A DNA stretch of 64,000 bases from Psammoneis japonica (Eukaryota). The translations under genes and the position numbers were made by a program. The notes beneath the pieces are model-generated. The model was not told where the DNA came from and did no database searches. It saw only the letters and a list, made by a program, of their open reading frames with translations. Where the stretch lies: positions 838,404 through 902,403 of the forward strand of contig QPGO01000001.1 in assembly GCA_008632985.1 (NCBI GenBank), in the 5' to 3' direction. Below are positions 50,268 through 61,748 of this stretch, piece after piece. The first letter of the stretch is position 1; every line of letters begins with the position of its first letter.

Positions 50268-53200
50268 TGACAGGATTTGAACAGGATTCAGGTGCGCGCG
50301 AAATGTCGCACGCTGTTTAGTTTGCCGAGCACAGTTTTGTGTGCTTCAGTTCCGCGCGTTCGCGCGCGATGCAGTTTGCTTTCGAGCCACAAGGCTCACA
50401 AGAATAATGACAGTAGCCCAATCACACCGACTTGCACGTCTTTCGGCTCCTGTGACGGTCTCTGAGCAGAGACTCATCTGCCATTTAGACAGCAGCAAGG
50501 AGTTGTTGTTTGAATTCTTGCCATTTGCCTTCAACTTCTGTCAGATTGACAGTCTTGCTCATTGTCAACCCATTGAGCAACCGCCATCGTCGTCGTTGAT
50601 TTTGCCGACGACGCCACTTCAATTCTGCGTGGACCTCCGTGTGTGTTCTACATGCATCGGCAAATCTGCGCGCATGTGACACCAGGGCATCGGCAGGAAG
50701 TTAACGTCGCCGTCAAGTCTCCTTGCCGCTGTGTGTCTGGATTGATCACACTGCCTTTGGTCGCTGAAGACATGCACTCAACGGTCACATCCAAGTCCAT
50801 CCTTGATCCTCATCCCTTGATGCACCTGTTCATCGGTTGATGGTCAAGAACCCTGCATGTTCAAGGATCTTCGTCGCTGAAGACATGTGCACACACGCAT
50901 GTCTTCACGGCCAAGAACCTGCACCCACTCTTCGGACTGCGGTTTTGCTGCCACCCCACAAGCACACCGAGTCCATTGTGCCTGATCTGCCCCAGACCAC
51001 TGGTGCTCTGCAGTTCTGCCAGGTCCACGAGGACGACTGTGAGAGCAAGTGGCCGTGATTGCAGCCTGCGTTGGGGCGAGGGTGCTTTCCCGCGTTTGTT
51101 CGTTCGTCCACAGCACCCAACGCCTGCGTCAGCTGGCCAGCCTGATCGGGAAATCCAACCAATGTAAAATGAGAATGGTTCGGGGGTCTTGTCCACCTCC
51201 AGTCAGCTTGCCTGCAGGGGTTTGCAACCCGCTGCTCCGCTCGCAAGCAACCCAAAGCGCCGCCAGCTGCGGGTTCGGACGTGCTGGCACAACTCCACGG
51301 ACCGGATGGGAAGTTTAGCACTTGACAACAAACGGGGTGGCAAAGCCCGGCGACTTCTGATTTTGAGATAGTTCAAGATTTCAAGTCAAGTCTGTTTCAA
51401 GTCAAGTCCATTCTCGCCCAAGTTTCGAGTCTGCCTTCGCTTCCCAACAAGAATCGATTGTCCTGACACCACTTTTGTCTGCCATGGTTCTCACTCGTCA
51501 GCAACAAACCGATGGTTTTGAGCACGTTGTTGGAACCGTGCTTGCCCAAGGTGCTGGGAGCCCTCTTCGTTTGGCTTTGGCCCAAGACGGCACGGACTCG
51601 CATCAGGAACTGTTCACGTTCATGCCGTCCCAAATCGACTCGCTTGAGTGCGACAACGGCACCAATGTGATCCCTTTGCCCCGTGGTTGTAAGAACATGT
51701 TAGCAGCTCTGGTTAGTCTGTGCATTGTCAAAGCACACAAAGGTCTTGACGTCGCCAATGACTCCTTGTTGTTCACACATGACGAGTTCCTTGCCCACCG
51801 CCTCAGCCCCGACTGCATGTCTTCTGTGTCCATCGGCAGTTCACCCCTCGCACCTCCACATGTCACCAACCCGACCAAGGCACGCGACCCGGTGCGGGAC
51901 TTCAAGCGAGGCATCAAGCGTGATCCCACCGCTTTCACGGCTCTCAAATCCGACAAGCAGTGGCACACTTGGCACACCTCACTTGTGGCACAAGCCAGTG
52001 CCCAAGACGTCGAGTGCATTCTAGACTCGTCGTACAAACCGACCAGCCCCGAAGACAAACTGCTCTTTGCTGAACAGCAAAAGTGCATGTTCGCCGTCTT
52101 CGAACGCATCCTTCTCACCGACAAGGGCAAGGCTCTCATCCGTGAAAATGTGGGGTCTTCTGACGCCCAGACCGTCTGCTGCGCCTTGTCTGAGTGCGCC
52201 CTCGCCTCCACCCGTGCATCTGTCGAGTCCTCCACCTTGCTGACGTGCCTCACCACCGCACGTCTTGGTGATGGCACTTGGAAAGGTCCGACCCACGGGT
52301 TCATCCTTCATTGGCAAGATCAGTTGCGCAAGTGCGAGGCACTCATCCCGGCCAGTGACCACTTCTCTGAAGGACAGAAGCGCGTCATGCTCGAGAATGC
52401 CGCACACCCTGTCGAGGAACTCCGTGCTGTCAAGAACCAAGCTGATCAGCATCGCACGCAGAGTGGCAAGAGCCTCACATGCGATCAACACTGTGGCTTG
52501 CTCCTCTCCGCGGCAGCTCAATGCGACAGCACGTTTCAACCCAAGACGACACCTCGAGCTCCCCGGCCAGTGACCACTTCTCTGAAGGACAGAAGCGCGT
52601 CATGCTCGAGAATGCCGCACACCCTGTCGAGGAACTCCGTGCTGTCAAGAACCAAGCTGATCAGCATCGCACGCAGAGTGGCAAGAGCCTCACATGCGAT
52701 CAACACTGTGGCTTGCTCCTCTCCGCGGCAGCTCAATGCGACAGCACGTTTCAACCCAAGACGACACCTCGAGCTCCCCGACGCGCCATGTGCGCACACG
52801 ACGTCCACTCCGAGGAACCATCCGATGATGTGTTCTACGACATCGACAGCGACGTTGACGTCCTTCAGGCTTGCGCTGCCTGCACCCGCGGTCCCAGCCT
52901 CGCCGGTGACCAATGGCATCGTCTCCCTCCCGACCACCAACGGATTTGGGATTCGTTGCCTGATTCCTCCAAAGCAATCATCCTTGCACATTCTCGCCCG
53001 CCTCCTCGCAACCCGCGCGCCAGCAACCACCATGAGTCCGTTGCGATCAACCTTCATGACCAACGACTTGGGAGCGATGGTGATGTCAACTTGTCCAACA
53101 CGCCTCCTGCTGCCGCTGGTGACCCCGCCCCAAATGTGGACGCCACATCAGATGATCCCATTCTGGCGCACCTCACCAAGCGCAAGCCATTGCCTCCTGG

Positions 53201-56200
53201 TGATCTGCAACGCCTGTTGTCCCCTGACCAAGCCCCCAACGCCAGTCGATCGGGCCCATCCGCCGCTCCCTCTACCTCGCCAGCTCCCACAGATGACACA
53301 GAACTCAACGGCCGCACCTGCCACCGCGTTGACAACCACAACGTCATTTGCTCTGCCTCCGCTCATCGCTCCACACGCACCGGTGCTCCAGTCGATCGTG
53401 GAGCCAACGGCGGCATTGCTGGCGACGACGTTCGCGTCATTGCACACACCTCTCGCCAAGTCGACGTTCAGGGCATTGACGACCGCCAATTGGTGGACAT
53501 CCCCATCGTCACTGCTGGTGCCGTCATTGAGACACAGCGTGGTCCCGTCATCGCCATTCTCCATCAGCACGCATGCACTGGAAAGGGCAAGACCATTCAT
53601 TCCTGCGGCCAGCTGGAATGGCACAAACACGATGTCAACGATCGCTCTGTCAAGGTGCCCAACGGCTTGCAGCGCATCGCCACCCCTGACGGCTGTGTCG
53701 TCCCAATCGACATCAAGGGTGGCCTGCCTCATGTTGCCATGCGGCCCCACACTGACGATGAATGGGACACTCTGCCACATGTCATCCTCACTGGTGATGA
53801 CACATGGGATCCTTCCGTCCTCGACCACTCTGTCACTGACGACGACCAGTGGCATGACGCGATCTCCGACCTGCAGGACGATCCCACTGCCAACCTGTTT
53901 GACGAGTGCGGCAACTGCCGTCACCGTGTCGTTGTCAACCAGGCCATCATGTCCGCCTCCTTGTCCCCCGATCACGCGTCCGCTCTCGATGACCACCTCA
54001 TTCCAACTGAGGACGTGTTCTACGAATGCCACTTGCGCGCAGTTGACCCCACGGACGACGATGTCCCGCCTCCGGAGCGCAATGTGCAGCCCAAGGACCC
54101 CCCTTGCGAGTCCCTTCGGCCCTGCTTTGGTTTCCAACCTGCCGACACGGTCCGCCGCACCTTCGACTGCACCACGCAATGCGCCCGCCTGCCCGCCGGT
54201 GCGCACCTTAAGAAGGCCCACAAATCGCCCAACCCTGCCCTTAATGTGCACCGTCGCAACGAGCCCATCGCCACTGACACCGTTTGTGCCAACACCCCGG
54301 CTGTCGACTCTGGTTGCACCAGTGCCCAACTGTTGTTGGCACCGAGTCTACCGTCACTGACGTCTGCGGCACCAAAACCGACAAAGAGTTTGTCAATGCA
54401 CTCGAGGACCAGATCCGCGAGCGTGGTGCTCCATCCAAACTCATCAGCGACCGCGCTCAGGTTGAGATCAGCAACAAGGTGCTCGGGATCCTACGAGCCC
54501 TCTTCATCTCCAGCTGGCAAAGTGAGCCTCACCAGCAACACCAAAACTTTGCCGAGCGTCGACACCAGACCGTGAAGCGCATGGCGAACACTGTCATGGA
54601 TCGTTTTGGTTCGCCCGCCCACACATGGCTGCTGGCACTCATGCATGTGTGCTTTGCACTCAACCACACAGCGTCCCCATGTCTCCACTGGCGCACGCCC
54701 CTCGAGACTCTCACTGGCTCCACCCCGGACATCAGCCCATTGCTCCGCTTTCACTGGTGGGAACCCGTGTGCTTCCACCTCGATGACTACGATTGGCCGT
54801 CCGAATCCCGTGAGTTGCGTGGGCGCTTTGTTGGCATTGCTGAGCACGTCGGCCACCAGATGACCTTCAAGATTCTCTCTGACGAGACTCAGAAGATCCT
54901 CTGCCGGTCCAACGTACGCTCTGCTGCCACCGATCCTGCCGTTCGAAACCTGCGCCTTGATCCTCCTGATGGGGAGCCACCTGAACCCATCATCAAATCT
55001 CGCCATGACGACAATCCCGTCGATTCTCCTGATGGGGAGATCAGGACACCCAAGATGCCAGTTTTCGATCCGCAAGACATCATCGGACGCACCTTCCTCA
55101 TGCAGCCACAAGAGGACAGACAACGCCACAGAGCTCGCATCGTCAAGGCCGTTGAGGACCATGAATGGAAAGTGAACGGCAATCCCGAGCTCACTAAATT
55201 CGTCTGCTCTGTCAACAACGACGAATGCGAGGAAGTCCTTGCCTGCAACGACATCATGAATCACATTGAGCAAGAGGACGAAGACACTGCTGTTTGGAAA
55301 TTTCGACGTGTCGTGTCACACGAAGGACCTCTGAAGCCTCATGACCCAACCTGGAAAGGCTCAAGCTACAACATCATGCTTGAATGGGAAAGTGGGGAGA
55401 TCATGTCCGAGCCTCTTGCCATCATCGCCAAGGACGACCCCGTCACCTGCGCCATCTATGCACGAGAGAACGGACTTCTCGACACGGATGGCTGGAAGCG
55501 GTTCCGCACCATCGCGAGGCGCCAAAAGAAGCCATTTCGCGTGGCCAGCCAAGCCAAGCTTTGCTCCTTCCGCACTGCACCTCGCTGCAAGTGCGGATGC
55601 AAAGTTCCCCGGAACTGCAAGCATGCCATGTCACTGGACGAACGCAACGGCAACCGCAAATGGGGAGACGCAACTAATCTCGAGATGGACCAACTCGATG
55701 AATACGAAGTCTTCCATGACTGCGGGCCCTTCGAGTCTTCCACTCCTCCTGCGGGACACAAGAAGATCCGAGTGCACCCAGTGCGCGACGTGAAACACGA
55801 CGGTCGCCACAAGGCACGACTCGCAGCCGACGGGCACCTCACGGACGTACCTGTCGACAGTGTCTGCTCCGGAGCAGTCTCCCTCCGTGGCCTTCGGCTG
55901 ATGATTTTCCTGGCCGAACTCAACGAGTTGGAGACATGGGCCACCGACATTGGCAATGCCTGCCTTGAAGCCACCACCAAGGAGAAGCTTTACATTGTAG
56001 CTGGACCCGAATTTGGCAAACTCGAAGGACACATCCTTGTCATCCACAAGGCACTGTATGGACTGCGCAGCTCCGGTCTCCGCTGGCACGAGCGCTTCGC
56101 CGACTGCCTGCGAGCTGAAGGCTTCTTCCCCTGCCGCGCCGAACCCGACATTTGGATGCGCAGGAACGGCGACCATGTGAATGCATTGCCGTTTAAGTGG

Positions 56201-57589
56201 ATGACCTCGCCATTGCCATGAAGGATCCTCAATCCTTCGTCGACACCCTCACGGAAAAGCACAAGTTCAAGCCAAAGGGCACGGGACCGATTGAGTTCCA
56301 TCCAGGCTGCGACTTTTCCCGGGATCCTGACGGCACCTTGTGCTTGTCCCCACGCAAGTACATTGAACGCATGGTCGACAGTTGCACACGACTGTTTGGG
56401 GAGAAACCCACCACCAACGCCCTGTCACCTCTGGAGAAGGGTGACCACCCCGAACTGGACACTTCCGAACTGCTGGGGCCCGATGGCATTCAACAGTTCC
56501 AGTCTCTTGTTGGTTCCCTCCAATGGGCGGTGTCTCTTGGTCGAATTGACATTGCCACAGCCGTCATGTCACTCTCTAGCTTCCGAGCTGTGCCCCGTCA
56601 AGGGCACTTGGATCGTGCCAAACGCGTCTGTGGGTGCCTCTCCAAGATGCGACATGGCGCTCTCCGCGTTCGCACGGAAGAGCCCGACCATTCGGATCTC
56701 CCTGCACCGGCCTGTGAATGGATGCATTCCGTGTGCGGCGAAGCGGAGGAGATGATCCCGAAGGACGCTCCACCGCCCCTTGGCAAGTTCGTCACCACCA
56801 CCCACTACGTCGATGCAAACTTGTGTCATTGCATGCTCACCGGACGCTCTGTCATGGGAATGCTCCATTTCCTCAACAAGTTCCCGGCTGATTGGTTCTC
56901 TAAGAAGCAAGCCACGGTGGAAACTGCAACCTGCGGGTCTGAATTTGTTGCCGCAAGGACTTGTGTCGAGCAGATTGTCGACCTGCGCATTGCCCTGCGT
57001 TGCCTCGGCGTCCCGATCCGTGACATTGGTTGCATGTTCGGTGACAACAAGTCGGTTGTAGACAGTGCCACCACCCCGCACTCCAAGTTACACAAGCGAC
57101 ACACCGCTCTGTCATTCCATCGTGTGCGTGAAGCGATTGCCTCTGGTTGCCTTGAGCTCCACTTCATCGAAGGCTCCCGCAACCCTGCTGACATTCTCAG
57201 CAAACATTGGGGTTGCTCCCAAGTCTGGGACCTTCTCCGTCCCCTCATGTTTTGGAACTTCATTCCATCCGAAGTCGAATCTGTTTCTGTGACTCCTCAA
57301 GCAAACTGGGGAGTGACAGGATTTGAACAGGATTTGGGTGCGCGTGAAATGTCGCGCACTGTTCAGTTTGCCGCGCACAGTTTTGTGTGCTTTAGTTCCG
57401 CGCGTTCGCGCGCGATGCAGTTTGCTTTCGAGCCACAAGGCTCACAAGAATGACAACAGTGGCCCGATTGCACCGACTTGCACGTCTTTCGGCTCCTGTG
57501 ACGGTCTCTGAGCGGAGACTCATCTGCTGTCTAGACAGCAGTGAGGAGTCATTGTTTGAATTCTTGCCATTTGCCTTCAATTTCTGTCA
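50268..57589 (+). mobile_element. Ty1/Copia LTR retrotransposon (family B, CoDi-like), full length, mutated
   Basis: LTRs 50268-50543 and 57314-57589 (TG...CA); TSD GGCCA at 50263-50267 and 57590-57594; PPT ggggag. Confidence 0.95.
51484..57313 (+). pseudogene. Copia gag-pol, frameshifted
   Basis: FKRGIKRD (gag), VDRGANGG (protease), LISDRAQVE and SEPHQQHQNFAERR (integrase), DIGNACLEA, KALYGLRSSG (RT), YVDANL, ETATCGSEF, NPADILSK (RNase H). Confidence 0.9.
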
Positions 57590-59713
57590 GGCCAGCAGAG
57601 GATGCTCACACACCTCACACAAGCTGAGCTGTTTCAGCTCCTCTGTGCTGTTCTGCTTGGAGAAAACCAGCTCTCGATGCCGCCATTTGAGCTCAGCTGT
57701 GCACAAGCAATCCTCCGACGACTCAGCAACGGCAACCATCGAGGCGGCAACTTCTTGCACACTGGCTGGCGGTGCCTCTGACTCTGAGCCAGAGAGCCGC
57801 CCTGCTCAGCGGAAGCTTGCCTGCAAAGCCACCCTCCAAGTCAACTGCCAGCCTCAAATCCAGTCTTGTCAAGAGCAGCCCTTTTCCTCAGGATCTCAAT
57901 GGCAAGACTGTTTTGCCAAGTGTCTGGTTCAAGGGGAAAGCTTTGCATGACAAGTTTGCCCAATGCCCAGTCTTGGATTGTGGAGCAGACAACGCCAGGC
58001 CATTTTGGCTCAAAAGCAGGCTGCCCACTCTTTGGCGACTGATTTTTCCTCAGATGACAGCGGCTGCCAAGCAGAAACAAACTCAGATTTGGGCCATCAG
58101 CCATTCCCACCACTCCTGCTGCGGTCACTTGCTTCAGCACCCAAGGTGAGGGGCAACCTCTCAGCTCTGGACTTGTCGACAACGACTCCAAGCCAGAGCG
58201 AGGGGGCCACACTTGATGTGCTGTTTTCTGAAATCTCTGTGTGACAGGGCTTGCCTGCTCTCAAAGGCGGTGGTTGGTTGTTTTGAAAAGAGAGCTTGCT
58301 TTTCTGCCATGTGCTGCTGTTGTTGCTGGGTGAGTCAGTGAGCGATCATCACACAAAACGTCCTGTGCTGCTGGGGTCGACAACCCAGGAGCTGCTTTCT
58401 CAAGGAATCGAAAATCTTGCTTTCAATCTCACGTCTCCTGTCTCCAGAAGAGCTGCACCAAAATCCTCCAGATGCTCTTTGACAAGAATCTTCAACTTGA
58501 AATTGCTGCTTGAATCAGGGCACTTGTTGCTGTGAAAGCTGAAGGTGGCTTCCTTTGCTGCCGCGGACCCGACTCCAAAAGCTTTTCTTTTGGCACTTTC
58601 GTGCACGTGTTGAGGGTTCCAGTCCCAGGTGTTAGATGTCAGACGGACGACGGTCAGACGATTGGCACTTGAAGAAGAAGACAGATGTGGTGTGAGGTGT
58701 GGTGCGTGCCCAACAGAGGAGAGGGAGAAAGGATCGAGTGCAGTGCAAGCACTTCTGTTGTTGAAATGCTGAGAAATTGCAGTGATTTCAAGAGTGAGAA
58801 GATGCAATTGCAAATGACAGTGGAGGACAAACTGGGAGGCTTCATTGGAATGACACCAAAGTGCCATCCTGAAATGGCAGGAGCAGGCATTGAAGGTGCT
58901 TGGGTTGTGCAAAACTGCGCTGTCAAAAGGAGTTCAATGATGCCGTCACTGCTCATCTGAAGGACAACCTCAACCTTTTTGTTGCCAGCATGACATCACA
59001 TCATTTGGGTCCCGACTGCAAGTGCCAACCGCTTCCACAGCACGGCAGGAATCTGGAGGAGAAAGCAACAAAAAACAAACCATGTGAGAAGAGCACCCGC
59101 CATGATGCTTCTACAGAGCATGTGTGCTGTTCTTTTGACACGTTTGACTGCATGTGTGTGTTGTCAATCTAACAATCTGCACTTTGCTGTCTCACTGTTT
59201 TGCATGACGATGATGATTCCCAAAGCCTTGCGTCAAGAGATGGGTCAGGAAACCTTTCCAAGCCAACAGCAAGTGAAGAATCACGATCCACTGTCATGTT
59301 GCAGAATGATTTCTCCGCTGAAAGTTGGGGTGATGATTCCCATTCCGACTCAAACTCTCTCAGACCCAGCAATGGATCAATCTCCAATCCTTTGTCACAA
59401 GAAGATTTCGTCACTGCAAGTTCCAATGATGATTCTCATTCCGATTCAAGTTCTCCCCAAGCAAGTGACGAATCAATGTCCACTCCCATGTCACAAGAAC
59501 TTGTCGTCAGCGCAAGTTGCGATGATGATTGCTCTGACTCTGACTCTGTCCCTGCATGTGACGAATCACGCCCCACTTCCATGCCATCCAACGCCGACAT
59601 GCCTTCGGATGATGACATTTCTGACGCAGGCACTGGTCTTACGTTGTGCGAAAGAGAGGAGATTCATTTGAGGCGACATCTGGGAAGGCTGTCAGACAGA
59701 ATCTTGGCGAAGT

Positions 59714-60460
59714 GTGATTTCGACGTGCCAGCATTTGCTGATGATCTCTCTGGGTTTGTTGTTGTCGATCCTCGCTGTGTTGCAACCAGTGGTGATTGTT
59801 GGCTGGGAACAACAAAGTGTGGGCACAGAGTGTGGGCACAGAGTCGAACAACTGTGTGAATCCTACAATGCCCAAGGAGCAGACCAAGAACTGATCAGAT
59901 GCAAGTTGCTGCAGGAATTTGGTGGGAAGTTTTATGGAGAGTGCAAAAAGGAACCTGGTGTGTTGAGAGAGCTTCCTGACGATGTAGCAGACAGGAGGAT
60001 TGCGGACAAGTTCCGTTCGTTTTGCTCGAGAAAAAGCCCGTTTAGTCCACCGGTGGCAGCAGATCCTCTTCGAGTGTCACCGCGATTGCGTGCTCTTCGT
60101 GTCAATGTGATCAACCAAAGGGAACTCGACGTTCAGAGAGACATTGTCTTCGGCGTTGATGATCAGGAAAATGTCGAAATTGCCAAGCTAATCAAGAAGG
60201 GGCTACAGAACTGGCGAGAAGCAAATGAGAAAGGTCGACGTCATGTTGAGTCAAAGATCCTCGAGTTTTTGAAGAAGGAGCAACCGAGAATTCGTTTCCT
60301 GGAAAAGTTGACCAGCAATGCAGCTGCTTATTTTCAGATCTTGTGTGACGACAAGGCATTGAAAAATTTGAAACGCCTCTTTCATGAACGAGACCGAGTC
60401 ATCCAGAAACAAATAAAAAAACTCGAATGCTGCAACAACATGCGCATTGGAAAGAAGTGA
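59714..60460 (+). CDS. Hypothetical protein or pseudogene, possibly DUF6824-like, preceded by an S/D-rich repeat
   Basis: GGKFYGE...LPDDVADRRIADKFR and RIRFLEK...ILCDDKALKNLKRLF resemble diatom DUF6824 repeats (from memory). Partly TpA-eroded; frame change near 59800. Confidence 0.35.
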   Translation: MISTCQHLLMISLGLLLSILAVLQPVVIVGWEQQSVGTECGHRVEQLCESYNAQGADQELIRCKLLQEFGGKFYGECKKEPGVLRELPDDVADRRIADKFRSFCSRKSPFSPPVAADPLRVSPRLRALRVNVINQRELDVQRDIVFGVDDQENVEIAKLIKKGLQNWREANEKGRRHVESKILEFLKKEQPRIRFLEKLTSNAAAYFQILCDDKALKNLKRLFHERDRVIQKQIKKLECCNNMRIGKK

Positions 60461-60790
60461 ATTCAAAGGACAAGATTGGCTCTTTTGGCAAGAACGGACA
60501 TTTGTGAGAATGGGTTTCGAGACGATGTTGATTTGATTGTTGTGTGTGGCTCTGTCGATTTGTTTCAATTAGATTTGCTGGCAAAATCGTGGTTGCCACT
60601 TCCAGGCTCAGGATTCTTAGATGACACCTAAGTTCGGATTGTGTGCAACAACTCTTTGCTGTCGAGCATTGTTCTGTAATTTAGTGGTGTAATGTGGTGC
60701 ACTGTCTGGCAATGCAGCACACTGTCCAGCAGCAAAAGCACACGTAAAATGCCAACATCCGTGATTCACATTGCCAGAATCACAATTCAT

Positions 60791-61606
60791 TTAGAATTCT
60801 TCATCTTCTTCTAGTTCCATCCCCTCTTCCGTCTCCTCTTCCATGCCAGCGTAATTGACTGGTGACTTACGGCGATCAGGCATGTTGGAGCATGGGACAG
60901 CTTGATCATCCATCGTTTCTTCATCCGAGGAATCGCAGGAACCCGCATCAACAATCGTGTCGTTCTGTTCAGCACGGGCCACCAGGACTTTTTGATCATC
61001 CATCGTTTCTTCATCCGAACTGAAAAATCCATTCTTCATAGAATCGCAGGAATCCGCATCAACAATCGTGTCGTTCTGTTCGGCACGGGCCACCAGGACT
61101 TTTTGATCATCCATCGTTTCTTCATCCGAACTGAAAAATCCATTCTTCATAGAATCGCAGGAATCCGCATCAACAATCGTGTCGTTCTGTTCGGCACGGG
61201 CCACCAGGACTTTTTGATCATCCATCGTTTCTTCATCCGAACTGAAAAATCCATTCTTCATAGAATCACAGGAATCCGTGTCAACAATCGTGTCGTTCTT
61301 TTCCATCCGTGCCCTTTTTGTCTCTCTCTCCTCTGAAGGAGGCATTGTCTGAACTTTCTTCTTCTTTGCTCTCTGCTCTTTTCCACTGCGAATCTTTGTC
61401 ATGCAACGTTCTAATTTCTTGGTGTCGTGCTCTAATTTGTTGTTTTCAATTACGAGCTTTTTCTGAAGAGTCTTTGCTGTGACCGTGCGAGCTTTCACTT
61501 TGACAGCCATCCTTTTCGTTTTGTCTTCTTGTGCCCCGGGTGAGTCTGCCGTGGCAATGGTTGACACGGAATCCTGTGTCATCGACATTGTGGTGTTTTG
61601 AGACAT
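60791..61606 (-). CDS. Hypothetical acidic protein with 35-aa tandem repeats
   Basis: 271-aa ORF; NDTIVDADSCDSMKNGFFSSDEETMDDQKVLVARAEQ repeated; 105-bp in-frame DNA unit at about 60902-61300. Confidence 0.55.
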   Translation of the reverse strand: MSQNTTMSMTQDSVSTIATADSPGAQEDKTKRMAVKVKARTVTAKTLQKKLVIENNKLEHDTKKLERCMTKIRSGKEQRAKKKKVQTMPPSEERETKRARMEKNDTIVDTDSCDSMKNGFFSSDEETMDDQKVLVARAEQNDTIVDADSCDSMKNGFFSSDEETMDDQKVLVARAEQNDTIVDADSCDSMKNGFFSSDEETMDDQKVLVARAEQNDTIVDAGSCDSSDEETMDDQAVPCSNMPDRRKSPVNYAGMEEETEEGMELEEDEEF

Positions 61607-61748
61607 TGTATTGTGTCCGCTGCAAGCTAGAGAAATCTAATTTATGCATTCCCTAAGGAAAACTAATGGTGGATTTCCATTTCATACGTCATCTATTCAA
61701 AATATATAAATACTGTAGAGTGCGCGAAACGTCAGAATTGCGCGTCGG

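Noticed and set aside
60902..61300. Regular repeats resembling a CRISPR array
   Set aside because: Contiguous 105-bp in-frame coding repeats with no unique spacers; eukaryotic context and no cas genes.
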